A stretch of DNA of 25,398 bases from Escherichia phage CBA6. Position 1 is the first letter of the stretch; the number at the start of each line of letters is the position of its first letter. The position numbers and the translations under genes are program-made. Where the stretch lies: sequence record KM389302.1. One strand, given 5' to 3'. Below are positions 1-8,800 of this stretch, piece by piece. The notes beneath the pieces were generated by a model that was given only the letters and a program-made list of their open reading frames with translations, made no database searches and was not told the origin of the DNA.

Positions 1-19
1 ACCGAACCCAGGGAGATGC

Positions 20-2152
20 TCAGTTCCAGATGGAGTGTCTCCCCACGACTAAACCACCAAATGGGAATACTTGTTGTGACTCAGTCGAAGACATTCTATT
101 TCTCATGTCTTGGGAAATACTGGTAGAAGTCAGATCACTGAACCATTCTTGTTTAACTGCCCAAGAATATAATACCAACGGCATAACGCAGTCGTCGTGA
201 CATCCATCATCTGCTTCATAACGCGCACCACGGAACACGAATGTGCTGAGTTCATCTATCGTGTCTTGATCTTCAATCACCAACATTTCTTTCTCAATAA
301 GCGCTTTCAGGTTAGCACAACCAATAGATCGCACTTTCCTGTTGGTGTTAATGCCTGGCTCTGGTTTACGACCACCAATCCGTTTCCCTGTCCCTTTGTT
401 ATCCGTCGACGTGAATATGATCTCTGGATACTCAATTTCTTGATACAAGATCGTGATAACCTGACCACCAACGTCGTTATTCGTCTCGACAAGGACAGGG
501 CATTCCCCGTATTCAGTACACATATCAGCTATCGTGTATGCATACATCATCGGAGGTATTGTATTGTTCCTGTACTTGGCCGCTATGACATGCGGGTATT
601 CCGTTATATCTAGAATTGTCAGAACCGAATAATCTCCTTCAACACCTTTCCCCGTATCTGCGATCCCGAAGTAGATGCGTTGCGGGTCATATTCCTTGTA
701 AATTTTGGTGAACTCATTAGGCTCTCGATATAACTTGGATGTCATTTTATCCAAGCATTTGGCTGGTATCAATGAACCTACAGAACCACGGAACTTGATT
801 CCAAATTCCTGGTCAAAACGGGCATCCCCCAGACGAGCGCGTTGTTTGGTTTCCCAATCAGGGTCTTTGGTGTACGCCGGAACCTTGTACCAAGGGACTT
901 CGGTAAGATGGAAATCGTTGTATTGTGGATGGCGCGGGTCTGCTTTGGTGACGATATCATAGAACAACCCTCGCTGGCCTTTCGGAGTACTGGTCAGAAT
1001 ACAACGTGAAGTATCGGCAGATGCGATCGCTGGGAATGTTGACTCCCAAAATTCAAAGTCATTTTCGATGAACGCGACTTCGTCCACGTACAAGAGAGAT
1101 ACAGAACGACCACGAATAGAGTCCGAAGACGTTGCATAAGCATATATCTTAGAGCCGTTCTCAAATTCTATCAGTGTAGAACCAAACTTCTCACAACCCT
1201 GCTGAAGGAAGAATGGGAGGTCCTGATACGCTTTCCTGATACGATCAAGAATTTCAATCGCTTGTTTCTCTTTGTTTGCCAGTACCGCGATTTCTTTGTC
1301 TGAGTGGAACATCGCATACCAAAGAAGAAACGCAGCCACGACCGTGGTATTATGGCTGAGGAACCCATTCGTGTAATAACGTTGATCGCTGGACTTGACT
1401 TGCAAGTCATACATGTGGTGGTACTCACCAGTCTCCCAGATCTCAGAGATGAATTCTATTCCCTCCTGGGTCATTATGGCATCTCCGGCCTCCATGTCTT
1501 TAGCAAATACTTCGCGCCCATATTCATTGAAGAACATGTGCTCATCTGCGACATGAATTGTGCGTCCGGTTTCAGTCCTGACCACGTATTCAGCGTATTC
1601 TTTCGTTTTATGAGCGGCAATAACCGGAACCCAGCCAGTGTCGGACTCAACAAAATATCGTTTCCCGAAACGGCTGTCTACAAACTTATTGTGGTTGCCA
1701 ATGGTATTCAGTGGCACAGCATGGTTCGGTCCTTCGAAGCGCTTGTGAAGCTCTTCTATGGTGAGATGCAACTCTTGTTGACTGACTGTATCATAGACAT
1801 AAACAAGAGTATCACCACGGACGCATTTACCGGACTGACGCGCCTGGACAACGGCATTGAAACGATAATCTTGAAAATCGTGAAATAATTGTTTCTGATA
1901 ATCATGCATATCGAAAAGGATAAAGCCTTTATCGATTGTCGTTATCTTGTAGTAATTGGCAGCGAAGTAATGTGCGTCCATTGAACATTCAACAAATTCG
2001 TCTTCTTGTTCATCTGTTAGCATCAACTCGACTCGTGGAGCGCGCACAGAAGGCTTGCGCATGAACGTCTGGTCCATACGCAATTTCACGTCGTCGATTT
2101 TAAACCCCGTTTTTATCGGAGCATATTCTATATCACGCTTCTGATACGCCAT
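20..2152 (-). CDS. terL: Terminase large subunit (T4 gp17-like ATPase/nuclease), interrupted in frame by a mini-intein
   Basis: 710-aa ORF. Walker A reads QARQSGK-[intein]-TTVVAAF, Walker B-like LLYVDEVAF, and LTSTPKGQRGLFYDIV resembles the T4 gp17 TTTPNG region. Start overlaps the end of the upstream small-subunit gene. Confidence 0.9.
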   Translation of the reverse strand: MAYQKRDIEYAPIKTGFKIDDVKLRMDQTFMRKPSVRAPRVELMLTDEQEDEFVECSMDAHYFAANYYKITTIDKGFILFDMHDYQKQLFHDFQDYRFNAVVQARQSGKCVRGDTLVYVYDTVSQQELHLTIEELHKRFEGPNHAVPLNTIGNHNKFVDSRFGKRYFVESDTGWVPVIAAHKTKEYAEYVVRTETGRTIHVADEHMFFNEYGREVFAKDMEAGDAIMTQEGIEFISEIWETGEYHHMYDLQVKSSDQRYYTNGFLSHNTTVVAAFLLWYAMFHSDKEIAVLANKEKQAIEILDRIRKAYQDLPFFLQQGCEKFGSTLIEFENGSKIYAYATSSDSIRGRSVSLLYVDEVAFIENDFEFWESTFPAIASADTSRCILTSTPKGQRGLFYDIVTKADPRHPQYNDFHLTEVPWYKVPAYTKDPDWETKQRARLGDARFDQEFGIKFRGSVGSLIPAKCLDKMTSKLYREPNEFTKIYKEYDPQRIYFGIADTGKGVEGDYSVLTILDITEYPHVIAAKYRNNTIPPMMYAYTIADMCTEYGECPVLVETNNDVGGQVITILYQEIEYPEIIFTSTDNKGTGKRIGGRKPEPGINTNRKVRSIGCANLKALIEKEMLVIEDQDTIDELSTFVFRGARYEADDGCHDDCVMPLVLYSWAVKQEWFSDLTSTSISQDMRNRMSSTESQQVFPFGGLVVGRHSIWN
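1349..1825 (-). other. Mini-intein (159 aa, Hint domain only) inserted in the terminase P-loop
   Basis: Insert begins with Cys straight after GK (codon tgc at 1823-1825 on the minus strand) and ends with His-Asn followed by Thr (codons checked at 1346-1354). C-terminal YDLQVKSSDQRYYTNGFLSHN matches intein blocks F/G. Removing it restores GKT. Too short to hold a homing endonuclease domain. Confidence 0.8.
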
Positions 2153-2813
2153 CGTCTTTTTCCTTCACGTCAACCGTTTCACCGTCGATAATTTCATCTT
2201 CGGTTTGTTGGGTGGCTTTTGCCTGAGCGCGTTCTTCAGCGCGGCGGCGTGCATCTTCGATCGTTTTCAATAAATCGCGCGAAGATCTCGCTTTCTTCCC
2301 AACAGATACTGTTGTGGTCCCGTCGGGTGAAGTGGTAACATCCACGGTTGTGTCATCAGTCGGCGGTTCTTTATCCCCTGTCACAGCTTTGATGGTTTTT
2401 TGGTTTTCCATCAGGTCTTTGTTCAGGCCGCGCATGAGTTCGCCCAATTCACGAAACACGGAAAACGCTCTTGGGGCTTCGGTAGATGCAGCTAATTTAG
2501 CAGCTTGCCCCATCATGAACATCGTGGCTTCCTGCATGGCGTATGTCGTATCGCGTATTCGCTTGTAATCTGTTGTGGCATCAGTATCCGCAAACTCCGG
2601 AACCTTAGATTCTTTGGACGCGATATCTTCCAATGATGGAGGTTCTGGAATCGGCTGATAACCTTCTGGGCGTTCACCAAACCACTCGCCCGTTTTTTCA
2701 TCGAAGTCAATACCTGGACGTGGAGAGACGGCTTCCATCGCCTCCTTACCAACTTCATCTCTGGCAGTCACCGCGTCTAGCGTCGCAAGTAACCTTTCTG
2801 ACATATTGCTCAT
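2133..2813 (-). CDS. Terminase small subunit (gp16-like)
   Basis: Sits immediately upstream of terL and overlaps its start by 20 nt. Acidic and charged composition. The listed ORF start at 2819 is TTG; ATG at 2813 has a GGAGG Shine-Dalgarno 7 nt upstream. Call is by position and size, not sequence motifs. Confidence 0.55.
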   Translation of the reverse strand: MSNMSERLLATLDAVTARDEVGKEAMEAVSPRPGIDFDEKTGEWFGERPEGYQPIPEPPSLEDIASKESKVPEFADTDATTDYKRIRDTTYAMQEATMFMMGQAAKLAASTEAPRAFSVFRELGELMRGLNKDLMENQKTIKAVTGDKEPPTDDTTVDVTTSPDGTTTVSVGKKARSSRDLLKTIEDARRRAEERAQAKATQQTEDEIIDGETVDVKEKDDGVSEA

Positions 2814-2815
2814 GA

Positions 2816-3514
2816 TCAATCCTCCGGATGATGTATGCCATCTTTGTCAACTCGGAACCACTCAGGCAGTTCCGACCATGGCGTGTTCAAATCATTAGAC
2901 ATTTCAATAATTATCTCTTTGATAACGTTCGGATCACCACCGCCAGAGCCATCATCGACCCAATAATCTTCGCCATAAATGTGTCCATGTAATTGAAAAT
3001 TAAAGGTACAATCTATATGGGGTGATTCAGCGGCATCCCCTTCCCAGTTATCGGAAATGGTATGGGATGTCAACATAATCTTCACGTTTTGATCTTGAGA
3101 TAACGTATCGTTGTCTTTTATCTGACAATCAATAGAAGGAGTGAACACAGAATAAATTTGTTCCAACACCTGTAGCATTTCGACCAGTTTCTTCGTTCTG
3201 ATGTTATATTCAAAATCTATAATGATCGGAATTCGTTGTTTGGACCGCGCAGTTGCAGTCGATATCTGATTATGATACGACTTGGTCACTTGTTTATTAA
3301 TTTCGAATTGACCGAAGGACATAGTCGCAAATGGCAGCATATTGGCTGGCACGTTCCTGTTGAGGTCATTGCGACGGCCAATAGCCATATGCAGCGGGAT
3401 TTCCATCAAGCCACGTTCGGTTTTGACTTTTAAATCTGACATGATAGCGTTGAAGACATGAATGTATTTCAACAACGATTCATGGTAGAAATATTTTTCA
3501 AATGGTCTGGCCAT
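2816..3514 (-). CDS. Tail sheath stabiliser / tail completion protein (gp15-like)
   Basis: 232-aa ORF in the T4 gp15 position (between neck gene and terminase). N-terminal FYHESLLKYIHVFNAIMSDLKVK loosely resembles the recalled T4 gp15 N-terminus. GGGGA Shine-Dalgarno; start overlaps the gp14-like stop. Confidence 0.55.
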   Translation of the reverse strand: MARPFEKYFYHESLLKYIHVFNAIMSDLKVKTERGLMEIPLHMAIGRRNDLNRNVPANMLPFATMSFGQFEINKQVTKSYHNQISTATARSKQRIPIIIDFEYNIRTKKLVEMLQVLEQIYSVFTPSIDCQIKDNDTLSQDQNVKIMLTSHTISDNWEGDAAESPHIDCTFNFQLHGHIYGEDYWVDDGSGGGDPNVIKEIIIEMSNDLNTPWSELPEWFRVDKDGIHHPED

Positions 3515-3516
3515 GA

Positions 3517-4158
3517 TTATTCCCCGAAGTCTATCTTCATTTTATTGGGCGAAAGATCTTTCTCTATTTCGTCCGCAAATTGGTTATCTGTCTGTAGACT
3601 GGCATCTTTATAGACACCATCGCCGTCTAGATCTTGTAAACGTTTATCGATGTCGTCAATTTCAGATACACCAGTATCAAAATCTTCATTACCATATTGG
3701 AACAACGTGCACGGTAAGGAATATGTGTACCATTTACCGAATTGCATAAATTCTTCGTCGTTATTCGGGTTATTCACTTTGAATATCTTGTTCGCCATTG
3801 GGAGGTATATCAAATCACCTTCTTGAGGCATCTGCTCAAGTCCTGGCCCATTACCAATCACTTCCGAAAAACGGCGACGAGCAATGGTGAACGTCACTTC
3901 ATCTTGTAATTGAATACCGCCAAACTTCTCCCACATTTGGGTGTTAAAGCCTTGGTAATCTTGCATGTATACTTCGATATCGAACGCCTGGTCGAATTTA
4001 TGTTCAGCCTCGTTTAAAATTGGGTATTTTTCAACGATGGAACGTGGAATATACTTGACGTCAATCCCACGTAGTTGTATCATCTCGACCACCAAGTCGT
4101 CAATTAATTTCTGAGTACCTTGGTGTGCTGTATAGTTGAAATATTTTGAAGTAGCCAT
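3517..4158 (-). CDS. Neck protein (gp14-like)
   Basis: 213-aa ORF in the expected position; GAGGG Shine-Dalgarno 8 nt upstream of the ATG. Called by gene order. Confidence 0.55.
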   Translation of the reverse strand: MATSKYFNYTAHQGTQKLIDDLVVEMIQLRGIDVKYIPRSIVEKYPILNEAEHKFDQAFDIEVYMQDYQGFNTQMWEKFGGIQLQDEVTFTIARRRFSEVIGNGPGLEQMPQEGDLIYLPMANKIFKVNNPNNDEEFMQFGKWYTYSLPCTLFQYGNEDFDTGVSEIDDIDKRLQDLDGDGVYKDASLQTDNQFADEIEKDLSPNKMKIDFGE

Positions 4159-4181
4159 GACTTTACCCTCAATTTTGAAGG

Positions 4182-4188
4182 TATTTAG
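4182..4188 (-). promoter_or_regulatory. Candidate late promoter element CTAAATA (variant of T4 TATAAATA) upstream of the gp14-like gene
   Basis: Minus strand reads tgaCTAAATAcc 23 nt upstream of the ATG at 4158. The same heptamer recurs upstream of five other late genes. Confidence 0.4.
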
Positions 4189-4219
4189 TCAATCATTAAT
4201 TCTTTTGAGGAATTGATAA

Positions 4220-4432
4220 ATGAAGGTTGAAGATATTAAAGAAACTCGTGACGGAAGGCGTGTGAGAATTATCTGTGTGGATGCTAAAGTCGCAAATAAT
4301 TCTTATAACATTGTGGGTCTTATTAAAGGCAAAGATGGGAATGATTTTATTGAATGGTGGGATGAAAAGAACGTGGTTGATGGTTATATTCTAGCAAATT
4401 CAAATCCTTCCGACCGTGACATCAAGTTATAA
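4220..4432 (+). CDS. Hypothetical 70-aa protein on the opposite strand, inserted between the neck genes
   Basis: GAGGA Shine-Dalgarno 9 nt upstream of the ATG at 4220. Stop is followed directly by the hairpin at 4438-4457. It is the only complete plus-strand gene in the module. Confidence 0.55.
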   Translation: MKVEDIKETRDGRRVRIICVDAKVANNSYNIVGLIKGKDGNDFIEWWDEKNVVDGYILANSNPSDRDIKL

Positions 4433-4437
4433 AAAGA

Positions 4438-4457
4438 AAGGCGGGTTATCCCGCCTT
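4438..4457. terminator. Bidirectional intrinsic terminator between convergent genes
   Basis: aaggcggg-ttat-cccgcctt, 8-bp GC-rich stem. On the minus strand it is followed by a U-rich tract (uucuuuuuau), directly after the gp13-like stop at 4461. Confidence 0.6.
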
Positions 4458-4460
4458 CTC

Positions 4461-5213
4461 TTATCCCATCATAAAATCGATAGGGTATTGCTGACCAGTA
4501 CGCAATTCTTCCTCCAACCGCTCTATCTCGGTCTCGGCCTCACTGAACATACTATCACCATCCAGTTCGATACCACCTGGGAGACGGATGCCTCTTGCCT
4601 TCTTAAGCACCTCTGCCCAACGGCGCTTAACCAATGCAGTCGCATACGCTTTCAACCACATGTCATTCCATGCTTCAGCGTTTTCTTCCGATTCGGGGTC
4701 GATATTCTGATAACAACGGAAAGCCAGAGTTTCATCAATGGTGGCAGCAAATTGCGGGTAAAGGCGTCGCTGGAACTTCTTGTACACAAAATTACGACGA
4801 ACATTCAAGACGCTTGTGATATCAGACAGGCGCTGTTGCATGGAAACGTAATCAATGAGACGAATAGACACAAGCGCCGCTTTTGGTACAAGCATGGCTT
4901 GGGCCATTTGCCATTGAGGAGTTGCCCAGTTTCCAATTGACTCAATAGGAGGTCCAGGGATAACTTCAATCACATCGTCAATATCTTCTGGGAATTCAAT
5001 ATAACCCTTGTCGATATCTTCTTGCTTAACTTGGTACAGGAAGAACGCATCTTGGCTACCGTCGCGATGATATTCCCAAAACTTCTGTAGAGCATCATCA
5101 ACAGCATCTTCTACTTGTGAACTGTCAAGGTTAATTTGGATGACCGGAGCGCCCAATTTACGCAAGACATAGTTCATAAAAGATTTCTTGTCGCGAATTT
5201 TATTGACGGCCAT
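4461..5213 (-). CDS. Neck protein (gp13-like)
   Basis: LRKLGAPVIQINL, WLKAYATALVKRRW and RLPGGIELDG...EIERLEEEL resemble recalled T4 gp13 segments. Chosen start is the ATG at 5213 with a GAGGGA Shine-Dalgarno; the longer listed ORF (from 5267) has no ribosome-binding site. Confidence 0.65.
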   Translation of the reverse strand: MAVNKIRDKKSFMNYVLRKLGAPVIQINLDSSQVEDAVDDALQKFWEYHRDGSQDAFFLYQVKQEDIDKGYIEFPEDIDDVIEVIPGPPIESIGNWATPQWQMAQAMLVPKAALVSIRLIDYVSMQQRLSDITSVLNVRRNFVYKKFQRRLYPQFAATIDETLAFRCYQNIDPESEENAEAWNDMWLKAYATALVKRRWAEVLKKARGIRLPGGIELDGDSMFSEAETEIERLEEELRTGQQYPIDFMMG

Positions 5214-5541
5214 TGTTATTCCCTCGTTGCTGCAAATCAGATACAGTAATCCGCAATGTGCGGACATCGTCTGATAGGCTGCTGCTATTGAGTTTTAACT
5301 CAGCCATATTTTGTTTGACATATGCGAGGTCTGTATTCATGATCGCCATGCGCTCACTCATGTCATTCACTTTTTGAAGGACCTGATCCATTTTATTAGA
5401 ATCTCGCTCCAATACATTCACGCGTGTTTCCATCCCACCCATAAACCAAAGGAACGACGCCGCCGAGACCAATGCAGAAGCCACGACAGCAGTCAAGATA
5501 CCACGGATATCAAGCCCAGATCTTTCAGCTTGCGTCGCCAT
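5200..5541 (-). CDS. Small protein with one N-terminal transmembrane helix and a coiled-coil C-terminal region
   Basis: 113 aa. Hydrophobic stretch ILTAVVASALVSAASFLWFMGG, then heptad-like charged sequence. Strong AGGAGG Shine-Dalgarno 5 nt upstream of the ATG. Overlaps the gp13-like start by 14 nt. Confidence 0.55.
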   Translation of the reverse strand: MATQAERSGLDIRGILTAVVASALVSAASFLWFMGGMETRVNVLERDSNKMDQVLQKVNDMSERMAIMNTDLAYVKQNMAELKLNSSSLSDDVRTLRITVSDLQQRGNNNGRQ

Positions 5542-5773
5542 TCTGACCTCCTTCGGGGATTTCTATCCCCAACTTTTCGGCCATCATTTTGATCGTCGCC
5601 TCCAGATTCGATATCTGGTTTGATTGTTCAACAATGGTGGCTTCACGGGTTTCGTTGCGTTGACGGGCTTGCAATGCAGCCATACCTGCAGCATGATCAG
5701 TACAAATGATCGCGCCTGGACAAGAACTGCTTCTCAACATGGATGCGTGCCCCTGTACTTTCATTCCACGCAT
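5525..5773 (-). CDS. Hypothetical small protein (82 aa from the internal ATG)
   Basis: The listed ORF start at 5812 is GTG with no Shine-Dalgarno. The ATG at 5773 (MRGMKVQ...) has GAGGA 6 nt upstream. Its end overlaps the next gene by 17 nt, suggesting translational coupling. Confidence 0.4.
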   Translation of the reverse strand: MRGMKVQGHASMLRSSSCPGAIICTDHAAGMAALQARQRNETREATIVEQSNQISNLEATIKMMAEKLGIEIPEGGQNGDAS

Positions 5774-5825
5774 ATCTTTATCCTCTATTGGTTTGGTGGG
5801 CTTTACGCCCACCTTTCAACATTAT

Positions 5826-8800
5826 TTATGCCAGAGCAATAAGACGGAAGTCTTTGAATGATGGAGGAGCAACGCGGTTCCCCCGTACAAGCGCTCGGAC
5901 TTTCAGGCCAACAAACGGGTTATTGCTCGCCACAGTCTTGTCGTATTCATATTCAAAGAATGTAGAACCGTCGTTGACCAGAGGCGACGTTGGAGTAACA
6001 TCTTCCCAAGCCACACTATCCATCTCCTGACCTGCTCTAAGAAGTTTCACCTGCACCTTCATAGAAGACTGAGATGGGAGCATTGCACCAAAGAACAACT
6101 TCACAGTCGAACATGGGTTATCAAATCCGATGTCTTTTGTAACATATTTGAAGACATCTTCAAATGGATCCACGCCGTATGAGTTGAAGATTACGCTCAG
6201 GTCATCGCCATCAATCATTGGAGCGGTGTACACGTTGTTTTCACTGCGCGTCATGGTGGCTCGGATCTGGAAATCCCCAACCTGACGATAGATCCCTTCA
6301 GTCGGCAACGCCACGTCAGTGTCAGTTTCAAATTCAGCCCAATCAGACATAGAATTGGAAGTAGCATCGCGATAGCGATATTCCAATTTCAGAATTGAAC
6401 CTTCCAGAGCTGAATTGGTGACACTGGCATAAAACATGTCAACCAGATAATTGCCCAAGAATGAAGCATTATCCCCGCCGATTTGCCCGTTGCTGTCTGC
6501 TGCTGAACCGACATCGATCTTGAATGAAGTATAGCTCGCATCTGTCACGGTAAATGTTTTGTTAAGTTGTTCAGGAGTAAATCCACAGCCACCTGTCAAT
6601 TCAGACAGAGTAACATTGTTCCCAGCAACCAAACCGTGACCAGGTGCAAACACGGTCACGACAGAAGACCCGCTCACACAGTTGAGAGTGTTCAATCCCA
6701 ACGGACGTTGTTTCGGTCCAAGTTTCGGATCAAATGTTACAACGTTCTGACCAGCAGCAAAGTTACAACGATAAACACGGAACTTCATATCTGCCATCTG
6801 GTTGGGAGACCATGTTGAACCGTTTGAAGAAGTGAAGAACACCCCTGTATACGGCTGCTTGGCGATATATTCGTTGGACAAAAGGTTTTTCTTGCCCATT
6901 TCCGCGATATATGCGTTGTAATCCTGAGTATTCGCCAACAAAACAATAGCAAACTCAGTCGATGCTTGCAAGTACACCGGATAATCGAAGGTGAACTTCG
7001 TTCCACCGGAAGAGTCTGTAGAGATCGTCACTTCAGACGGGTTCAAAGTTTTACGAGTTATGACGGTATGGGACGGTAATCCATTCTCCATCTCGCGAAT
7101 TTCCAGGGTGATCGGAACATCACGTGACTTGGTGGAGAAGAATACTTCCACGCCTTCGATATATTCACCACCGATCTTAGTTGCCACCATAAACGATTGG
7201 GCAATTGGATCACGCCATTGATCGACCACAACTTCAGAAGTGCTGGTTTCTGTGCTGGTGCTTGCGGTATAACCCAGAACACGAGTATTGACAAAGGTCT
7301 TTTGAATCCCTTGTTTCTTACCGAAAGACTTGTGAACAATTTCAGCATTAGTCAGCGTATCATCTGCAGATTTACTGTCAACAGGGCTATCCGTTAAGCG
7401 GAACACGTTGTCGCCTGTGTTGAATTTGATCGTATCATTCTGAGGAACGCGGAACACGCCTTTGACTGCGCCATTGGCATCAGTGGTGATTGGGTCACCA
7501 AAATTACCACCATTCGGCTTGCAATACAGATTCACATCACGACCTGAGAAGAATGCATACATGCGAGTGAAAGGTCGCAACCCAGAAGCGTCGAAAGAAA
7601 TATCAATTTCGCGCATGTATGGGATAACCTGCGTTTCCACAATCTGTTCGCCAGTCATGGTCGTGGTTGTTTTGTCCGTGTATGTGTATGTGGTGACATC
7701 ACGGGCAGAAACAGTCGTGCGATAGCGGTATCCCCACCACACACCACCAGCGCCATGCGGCTCCCAAACACGATCAGAAACAGAAACAGTACGCCACGTC
7801 CCGTACACCGAACCTTCTTGTACAGTACCACGAGTGTTGATCGTTTCATTGATAACACGCGGGGCGACATAGTAGTTTTCAAACCAGTAATCCGTGGTCG
7901 GGTTAATCTTCAAGAAACCTTCCCAGTTGAATACTGCATACGGGTTAACGTTGATCGTCGTCGTCGCGTATTCTTGGTTCACGGAGATTTCAGGCGTGTA
8001 GTTACAAACCACCATACCATCCATCACTTTGTTCCAGCCTACTGGAGTCATGTCAACGGCGTTCTGTTGAACAAACGGGCGCAAACGTCCATTTTCCGTA
8101 TCGATAGATCCCATCCAATCTTCAGACAGATCATCAATAAGACGGAAGTCTTTGAATGGATCGGCGGCGATACCGTTTTTGAATCGCGGATTACCCGTGA
8201 TTGGATCAAATACCTGTTGTGTCATCGCCGAAGATTCCAGCTGCGACAGAGAGGTGTAGTATTCAACGTTGGAAATACGCGTTTCCAGTTTACCGATATC
8301 ACGCATCGTATAACGACGGTTATCGATGGTGCGAATTTGTATATCATCGATATTCGGCGTGTATGGGGGAATCAACAGTTCATACAAACGCATGGAGTTT
8401 GCAGGTATTGCTGGGGACGCCAGGTTGTTGGAACTGATGCCACGGGCTACACCAAACACGCCATTATCTGCCAGATAAATCGCGTCGATACGAGGCAAAT
8501 AATACTCTGTGTCCAGGATGACAGCCGTATTCGGGCGAACCATATCAGTGTCGGATGTCCCGTTGGTAATTTTCGGACGGAAATCAAGGCTATCGGCCAA
8601 ACCATACACCGCCCCAGATGTAGAGGATGTATAATTCGGGATATCTTTGTAATCCATTGAAGTATACGAATCCGCTGAGAAGAAATCCCCCGAACTATGC
8701 GCGAAGTATTGATACACCACCGTATACGTCCCTGAAATGGCTCCAGCGGTGGATAACAGATTAGCCTTGTAATATCCCGCATCGCGTTGACCACCGTCGA

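Noticed and set aside
197-613. 138-aa plus-strand ORF (also 307-492 minus, 705-962 plus)
   Set aside because: All overlap the terL coding sequence in other frames or antisense. Composition is not protein-like.
1304-1888. 194-aa plus-strand ORF antisense to the terminase intein region
   Set aside because: Fully embedded antisense in terL with no start context; the minus-strand frame has clear terminase and intein motifs.
5214-5267. Upstream extension of the gp13-like ORF to the ATG at 5267 (MSAHCGLLYLICSNEGIT...)
   Set aside because: No Shine-Dalgarno and it overlaps the preceding gene extensively. The ATG at 5213 has a GAGGGA site and gives a gp13-like N-terminus.
7755-8660. 301-aa plus-strand ORF
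   Set aside because: Lies entirely antisense within the 1612-aa minus-strand gene, has a low-complexity R/H/C-rich translation and no ribosome-binding site. Treated as a shadow ORF.
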